A model generated the notes under the pieces. That model worked only from the letters and a program-made list of their open reading frames with translations. It was not told the DNA's origin and did not search any database. Shown here piece after piece: positions 57,814 through 64,000 of a stretch of 64,000 nt of DNA. Position numbers and translations under genes: made by a program. The DNA comes from Epithemia pelagica (lineage: Eukaryota > Protista > Bacillariophyta). The DNA lies in the NCBI GenBank assembly GCA_946965045.2, contig OX337230.1, positions 3,038,001 to 3,102,000 on the forward strand. Direction: 5' to 3'. The first letter of the stretch is position 1; every line of letters starts with the position of its first letter.

Positions 57814-60723
57814 ATGACAAGCCGAAAAATTTGTGTAAACTGGGCTCTGCTTGGATTTGTTGTGACATCAATGATCATGAGCTGGGGACGAGGAGGAGTG
57901 GTGTCGGCCTTTACCAATGTGGCTTATCCTTCTGCGAAATGGATTCTACAACGAACTGTATCGGGAACCTCCTCTTGTGGGAAATACGGTCCCTCCCCAG
58001 TCATTCGCATCACACCTGGGGTCAGTCCATTGTGTACAACTCATGCAAGTAGAGGTATGAGCACTGTTCTCCAAATGGCAACCTGCTCTCGAGAACTCCG
58101 ATTTCTTGGCGGTCGAGGTGCCTGTACTACCGCTGCAGCTGCAGTGGTTACTTCCACATCCTGGAAGACGACGACCAAGGTTACCGATGGGCAAGCCTCA
58201 ACAACATCTCATCCACAGGCAGTTTCCGCTTCCTCTTCGGCCTTTCATCAACAAGAAACCTCATCGTGGTTCTTGTCACAAACTTCGTTGCATCACGGCG
58301 ATGAGACCCCGTTGTCCGTCGATCATGCGGTGGCAGTGCAAAGTCCTCCCAGTAGCGGTATGTCCATTTTGACAGCAGCAGCAACCGCAACGAAAACAAC
58401 GTCGGTGATGAGTGGAGACGGTGACAGCGCTGCCTTGGCCTCACAGACTATTGGAACGGCCACGGCTACCATCACTGCCACCTCGATGCGAGTCGGACCC
58501 TGCATGGCCACAACCAATGCCATTTTTCGAAGTTTTTCGTCCTCTTCGCATGACGGACAAGGCTCTTCCGAAACGTCACTGAATGAAAGTGGCCAAAGCT
58601 CGCCAGTGACGGAATCCAACCAGCAAGCCATGATGACCCATGAGTCCTTGTCCATGTCTACTCGCAGTCGGCCCGTGTCAGAAGGATACGGTTCGAGTCT
58701 CGAATTGACCGAGGAGGAGCGTCAACTTTTTGCCTTGTTGCGTCGTGTTCGCAAGGAAACTAATCTATCGACAACCTTGCGTGTTGCTGGTGGATGGGTC
58801 CGAGACAAACTCTTGGCTACACCAGAATTTCGTCCTCAAGTCTATGGTCCTTCCAATGATGACGACAACCGCGCGACCACGGCCAAACCACAACGACTTA
58901 CTTCCAAATTCTTGCGTCGAAGGGCCAGTGCCGTATCATCCTCGGCAACGTCCTCATCGGCTGCCAACACGCTCATGGCCAATTCACCAAGCCAAAAACC
59001 TGTTGATATTGACATTGCCTTGGATGATATGTTGGGTCAAGAGTTTGCAGAACATTTGAATGATTACCTGTCCTCTCAAGGCGAGGAGACACATTCCGTC
59101 GGTGTGGTTCTCAAGAATCCAGAGAAATCCAAGCACTTGGAAACAGCCACCATGAAAGTTGAAGGCTTTTGGATTGATTTTGTCAATTTACGAGCCGAAG
59201 AATACACTCAAGAAAATTCCCGAATCCCCGACATGATGCGGATTGGAACCGCCTCAGAAGATGCCTATCGACGCGATTTGACCATTAACTCCTTGTTTTA
59301 CAATGTGAATACGGGACAAGTGGAAGATTGGACTGGACAAGGGTTTGAAGATTTGCGCAAGGGTGTAGTTGCGACTCCTCTGCCACCATTGACCACCTTA
59401 TTGGACGATCCCTTGCGTGTGTTGCGGAGTGTCCGGTTTGCCGCGCGATTGCGCTTCACCATGGCGGGCAATTTGGTAGAAGCGGCAAAAGATGTACGTG
59501 TACGAACCGCCTTGGCCAACAAGGTGTCACGAGAACGTGTAGGGAGTGAAGTTGAGCTCATGTTCCGATCGCGCGATCCAGTGGGAGCTATGCGATTGCT
59601 GTGGCAATTGCAATTGATGGATACCGTCTTTCCACAAATGCCAACGGGGGAACAAGGTTTGGCCCTGTTGTCAACGGCACATGATCATTTGGCCGATTGC
59701 AAATTCTCTCCACCCCAATGGTGCAGTGTACTAAAACCCAGCAACGACCAAACGGAGGCTTCTGCTTCCGCAGTCGCTGCGCTTGCTGTTGCCAGTGGTT
59801 TACCTTTGCTAGAAGATGATGAAGGTCGTCGATTGCTCTGGTACAGTGCGTTTTTGAAACCACTGTGGAATTTCCAAAAGCAACAAAGTAGTGGTGAAGA
59901 GGGAAAAACGGGCGCAAGACAATCCAAAAAGAAGCGAAAGCACCAGTCGGCGGTTCATCGATTGCTTCTGGATGAGCTGAAGCGTCCAGCTCGTGATGCC
60001 GATGCCATTGCCAAAATCCTTGCTGCTGCGGATGAAATCACGGAAATGATGCAAAATGGAAGCGTGGTTTCGGCCACAATGATTCTGTTGAGCGATCTCA
60101 ATATTCGACAAGAATTGGAGATTCCCACCGACCATAAGAACGAAAATAATGGTGAACCTCCTCAGTCTACCGTGGCTTTGTATCCCATTTTGAATGGACG
60201 ACGAGTGGATCCTACCGTGGAAGAAGACCCCGTCTGGATTCATGCCATGGAATTCCGATTGACGTGTTTCAAAATGCTGCAGAAGATTGGCCCCCTATGG
60301 AGAGCTGCGTTAATATTGTCGCTTTCGGAGGAGCTGAACAATGCTACAACTCAATGGCAGTCTTCCTCATCCCAATATGGCGACTCTGCTTCTTCGTTGG
60401 ATTATGCCATTGAAGGCGATGTGGTCGATGAAACGCAGGAAGAATTACGGCGTGGGATCATTGAACGGTACGACATTTTTGCTGCTACCCTGCTTCGGTT
60501 GGGTTTGATTGGAAGTTGGGAAACCACGAAGCCATTGCTGGATGGTGGTGCTGTGAAAAAGATTTTGACCAACATTCCCAAAGGTCCGGCCTTTCGGCAA
60601 GTAGTTGAGGAACAAATGGATTGGATCGTGACACATCCCGGTGTTGTGGATGAGGAGGCATTGGCCATTCATTTGAAACTTGTCTTTCCTGACTATTGTA
60701 GTCCCGACAAGGAAGATCCTTGA
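57814..60723 (+). CDS. CCA1: CCA-adding tRNA nucleotidyltransferase (class II) with a long targeting N-terminus
   Basis: LRVAGGWVRDKLL, DIDIAL, IDFVNLRAEEY, DAYRRDLTINSLFYN, DDPLRVLRSVRF and KVSRERVG. The start is chosen at MTSRK..., ahead of the signal peptide. Confidence 0.93.
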   Translation: MTSRKICVNWALLGFVVTSMIMSWGRGGVVSAFTNVAYPSAKWILQRTVSGTSSCGKYGPSPVIRITPGVSPLCTTHASRGMSTVLQMATCSRELRFLGGRGACTTAAAAVVTSTSWKTTTKVTDGQASTTSHPQAVSASSSAFHQQETSSWFLSQTSLHHGDETPLSVDHAVAVQSPPSSGMSILTAAATATKTTSVMSGDGDSAALASQTIGTATATITATSMRVGPCMATTNAIFRSFSSSSHDGQGSSETSLNESGQSSPVTESNQQAMMTHESLSMSTRSRPVSEGYGSSLELTEEERQLFALLRRVRKETNLSTTLRVAGGWVRDKLLATPEFRPQVYGPSNDDDNRATTAKPQRLTSKFLRRRASAVSSSATSSSAANTLMANSPSQKPVDIDIALDDMLGQEFAEHLNDYLSSQGEETHSVGVVLKNPEKSKHLETATMKVEGFWIDFVNLRAEEYTQENSRIPDMMRIGTASEDAYRRDLTINSLFYNVNTGQVEDWTGQGFEDLRKGVVATPLPPLTTLLDDPLRVLRSVRFAARLRFTMAGNLVEAAKDVRVRTALANKVSRERVGSEVELMFRSRDPVGAMRLLWQLQLMDTVFPQMPTGEQGLALLSTAHDHLADCKFSPPQWCSVLKPSNDQTEASASAVAALAVASGLPLLEDDEGRRLLWYSAFLKPLWNFQKQQSSGEEGKTGARQSKKKRKHQSAVHRLLLDELKRPARDADAIAKILAAADEITEMMQNGSVVSATMILLSDLNIRQELEIPTDHKNENNGEPPQSTVALYPILNGRRVDPTVEEDPVWIHAMEFRLTCFKMLQKIGPLWRAALILSLSEELNNATTQWQSSSSQYGDSASSLDYAIEGDVVDETQEELRRGIIERYDIFAATLLRLGLIGSWETTKPLLDGGAVKKILTNIPKGPAFRQVVEEQMDWIVTHPGVVDEEALAIHLKLVFPDYCSPDKEDP

Positions 60724-61044
60724 GGTCCTCAAACATGACACGAGGCAATTCTTCGTCTCAAACGGTTTCGTACCTTGCTTTTTCATCCCCAGAGACACAG
60801 GGTCGGCTCTTTCCAGTTTTCTTTGCCTTTCTCGACGTGACGAATGTCCACGCTTTGCGATTCCGGCGTTGAAGAAAGAGTCCAATGCATTATGATGCTA
60901 CTTTCATCTCAAATTTACTGCTGAACCGAAGTGCGAAAAGCGCAACTCCCATCACCCGAACGACATTCCGCTCGATGTCACGATGGGGCAATTTCCAACC
61001 ATTTAGTTTCTAGCGTCGACTCTGAGCCCTTGCTACGGTTATGT

Positions 61045-61139
61045 AAAATACATTCATGCTTTCTCTCCATTCGATGCTAAGAATAGAACAAAAAATACAT
61101 TCATGCTATCTCTCCATTCGATGCTAAGAATAGAACAAA
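61045..61139. repeat. 47-bp tandem duplication, 1 mismatch
   Basis: AAAATACATTCATGCT(T/A)TCTCTCCATTCGATGCTAAGAATAGAACA x2. Confidence 0.92.
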
Positions 61140-61547
61140 TTATAACGAAACTTATCCACCCTCTACCACTGCATGCAAAATTGCAAGACTATACTATGGG
61201 TGCAACTTCTCCGAAAAGTAAATGAATCATAGGAACCATGTCGTTGCATGCGTATGGTTTACAATTAGCTGAATTTTTCTACTTCTCCCCGGTCATTGTC
61301 ATCCCGTCCTATAAATGACATTACACCTCAAACATTTGTGGTTGGGCGCCATTGCTTCGTCTGGATGGCCAAAAGGTGATCCGTACTGCCAGTCGTATCA
61401 CTTCCGAGCAAGCAATCAGGCATAAGAGAACCCATGCTAAGGTAGTGGCCACGGCATCACGAAAAAGATCTTGCATCCTTTCTCAACCGGGTCTGTCACT
61501 TTCGTTTGCGTAATTCCGACCAGTGATATCCACAATACTCAAGTGGA

Positions 61548-62046
61548 TTAAGGAGCACCGGCTGTTCCGGCGGAGTTGCTGCTCGAAGTACCTTGTTGTT
61601 TTGCAGAAGTGGGACCGGAAGAAGATGCAGCAGCTGCAGCCGAGGCTGGAGCATTCTCTTGTCGGGTGGCGTCTTGCAACAATTGCGTATCCACGTGTTC
61701 AGGTGGAATTTGAATGTACCGAACGACACTCCCACGGATAAAACACGTCTTGAGTGCAGTTAACTGGGGATACTTTTGGGGCTCGACTACACGGACTTCA
61801 ATTAACTTGACGTTCAAATATTGATCAACGGAATGCAAAATACCCGTCAACACGATATCATTTTTGAGCTCGACGGCAATCTCTTTTCCCACCAACGTTT
61901 TGAAGAAGGAAAGGAAAATCTGAGATTGACAAACAAATCAGAACAGAATGTAAAAGAATGCAGACTATGGTTAGATTTCGATCGATCACATCCTACATCA
62001 AATGGCGAAAGTGACAAAACAAGAAAGAAGACCACAAACCTACCAT
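61548..62046 (-). CDS. LSM2: U6 snRNA-associated Sm-like protein LSm2
   Basis: ATG-only first coding exon (62046-62044), intron 61920-62043, then IFLSFFKTLVGKEIAVELKND...LHSVDQYLNVKL...CFIRGSVVRY...VDTQLLQDATR. Confidence 0.96.
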
Positions 62047-62125
62047 GGTCGATGCTGCTTCCAATAGAGGATAAAAGACGATTCAACGTGAGGTCCAGAG
62101 TGAACGATACGTATCCCACTGGTTT

Positions 62126-62130
62126 TATAA
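62126..62130 (+). promoter_or_regulatory. TATA-like element upstream of the permuted tRNA
   Basis: TTTTATAAC lies about 35-40 nt upstream of the 3' half. Function is inferred. Confidence 0.5.
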
Positions 62131-62165
62131 CTAAAATTCGGCGAAAAGGATGACGTTCGAAAGTG

Positions 62166-62247
62166 AGCCGCTGGTCGCGAGTTCAAACCTCGCCTGGAGC
62201 AACGTCGTGAGCTCTTGTAACTCAGTGGTCAGAGTGGCGGTCTTATG
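62166..62247 (+). tRNA. Circularly permuted tRNA-Ile(UAU): 3' half 62166-62201, 9-nt linker, 5' half 62211-62247
   Basis: Joining the 5' half GCTCTTG-TA-ACTC-AGTGGTCA-GAGT-G-GCGGT-CT-TAT-G to the 3' half A-GCCGC-TGGTC-GCGAG-TTCAAAC-CTCGC-CTGGAGC-A gives a 73-nt cloverleaf. D and T stems are perfect, the anticodon stem has one G-U, and the acceptor stem has one G-U and one U-U. Confidence 0.88.
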
Positions 62248-62458
62248 GACTACGTCGACCACACCTTTTTTGCTTTTCCCCGTTCCATAGATATGCCTCT
62301 AGCTACTCTAGCTACGGAGGAACAAGATACTTCGTGAGCTCTTGTAACTCAGTGGTCAGAGTGGCGGTCTTATGGACTACGTCGACCACACCTTTTTTGC
62401 TTTTCCCCGTTCCATAGATATGCCTCTAGCTACTCTAGCTACGGAGGAACAAGATACT
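62205..62458 (+). repeat. Exact 127-bp tandem duplication carrying the tRNA 5' half and terminator
   Basis: 62205-62331 equals 62332-62458. The orphan 5' half lies at 62338-62374. Confidence 0.93.
62266..62271 (+). terminator. RNA polymerase III oligo-T terminator
   Basis: T6 run 18 nt after the 5' half, followed by a further T4. Confidence 0.8.
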
Positions 62459-62963
62459 CCTATCTTTGATTTACTTGCAATTTGCAATCAATCGAAAAAG
62501 CCATTTTCCGATCATATAGTTGGATGGAATAGAACTCTGGAGGTGGAGGGTGAAATGATGGGAGATGGGAGGGACGAATGATGTGAAAAATCAATTCTCC
62601 TTTCATCTTTTTGTCTTGTGTCTTGTACTCACAAGTAAAGCGGAGCGGGTTTGGCTACTCGTGACTGGATTTGATTTCGTCCAAGTGTTCTGTATTGAGT
62701 TACACCAGCCGAGAGTTAACTATGGGCTTACCGCTCGCGCTGGGGCGTTTCCATGGAGTGAAGTGACAACCTCCATCAAGGACGCGCCGCCGCCGCACCC
62801 CAACCAAACATGGCGAAATTCGGAAGCAGGTCATTTCGACGCGTCGTCGAAAGTTCGGATCCATCGTGCGTCCAGACCAATTTGCATTCCATTGGTTTGG
62901 ACCAACCCGTCGTCGTCCCTATCAATCACCGCTACTTGTTTCCTAACAAAGACTCCATATATC

Positions 62964-64000
62964 ATGTCTCTGTTGTCGAAAACGACCCTATCCTATGGTT
63001 CCTTGAGAGGAAGTGCTGCGGCGTCCTGCTTCGGCCGCTCCGTGTGGCAGGTGGGAGCCGCTACACGCCCTCCACAACTTCCACGGAGCAATGGTTGTCG
63101 TCGAAGTGTCACGACGCATGCCCAACTCCCCGAAGAACATCGCATGGTCTACGAAATGTGTCGCAAATTCGCCGATGAAGTCTTGGCACCTCAGGCCGGT
63201 ACCTGGGATCAAAAACATGAATTTCCCAAGGATGCCGTCCAACAATTGGTAGGTTTCAGCCGACGACGACAACCAGGATGATGACCGATGTCGACGAGTC
63301 ACAGTCCCTTTGGGTGTCCCATTCTGGTTTCGTGAACTCTCAACAAACAATTATGATCTCTTTGTGTCTCTCTGTTTTTGGATGGGTCTGCAGGCCGAAC
63401 TGGGTCTCATGGGCATTAATACTTCGGCGGATCAAGGTGGATCGGAATTGGATGCCTTATCCTATGCGATTGCCATGGAAGAAATCTCACGAGGTTGTGC
63501 CAGTGTGGGTGTGATTATGAGTGCACACAATTCCCTCTATTTGTTTCCGATTCAAAAATTTGGCACGGACGCCCAAAAGGAACAATTTGTCACACCCTAC
63601 GTTTCCGAAAAGATTGGTTGCTTTGGTTTGAGTGAACCGGGCAATGGAAGTGATGCTGGTGCTGCCTCAACGACGGCCACCTTGGAAGGAGACGAATGGG
63701 TCATCAATGGGACCAAGGCATGGATTACCAATGCCTATGAGGCGTCGGCAGCCATTGTGTTTGCCACCACGGATAAATCACTCAAGTACGATTTCCAATG
63801 ACCGTGACATGGCATTGTATGGGTTCGTTGCTGACCCCTTGTATTTGGTTCTTTTTCATTTTTTATATTTTGATCTTAAACCCCAAAGACACAAGGGAAT
63901 TTCGGCCTTTATTGTTCCAACGGATAGTCCTGGTTTCTCTTTGGGAGCCAAGGAAGACAAATTGGGGATCCGTGCGTCGTCGACGGCAAACTTGATTGTG
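62964..64000 (+). CDS. ACADS: Mitochondrial short-chain acyl-CoA dehydrogenase, 3'-partial
   Basis: Mitochondrial-type presequence, introns 63249-63393 and 63786-63888. Motifs [59 protein letters not shown]. Confidence 0.9.

Noticed and set aside
62166-62374. Conventional intron-containing tRNA-Ile, or two ordinary tandem tRNAs
   Set aside because: No 3' half follows either 5' half (each runs into T6 within 18 nt), and no 5' half precedes the 3' half.
62205-62458. Tandem repeats here and at 61045-61139 as a possible CRISPR array
   Set aside because: Two contiguous units with no unique spacers, no cas genes, and a eukaryotic context.

Overview
Gene-dense eukaryotic nuclear DNA, very probably a pennate diatom. 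This is inferred from short GT-AG introns, a bipartite plastid-targeting presequence with an SA-F motif, and CoDi-like copia and Ambal-like LINE elements. About 18 host genes lie in the window: an OsmC-family protein, IST1, a DOCK-family protein, an alpha-carbonic anhydrase/EF-hand fusion, DOT1-like, TTLL12-like, NTAQ1, a thylakoid-lumen-type protein, gamma-tubulin, a TLC-domain protein, ATG11, a MATE transporter, DUF493/YbeD, the CCA-adding enzyme, LSM2, a short-chain acyl-CoA dehydrogenase and two unknowns. There are two retroelements with intact target-site duplications: an RT-less Ty1/copia at 4071-8132, inserted in a Crinkler-like NTPase-REase pseudogene between two ~1.55-kb direct repeats, and a full-length decayed LINE at 49295-57136. 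The standout is a circularly permuted tRNA-Ile(UAU) gene at 62166-62247: the 3' half precedes the 5' half, the break is at 37/38, and there is an upstream TATA and a T6 terminator. Second is a perfect 14-nt self-complementary primer-binding site in the copia element with Tf1-like self-priming geometry. All calls come from reading the sequence and from remembered family motifs; no searches were run.
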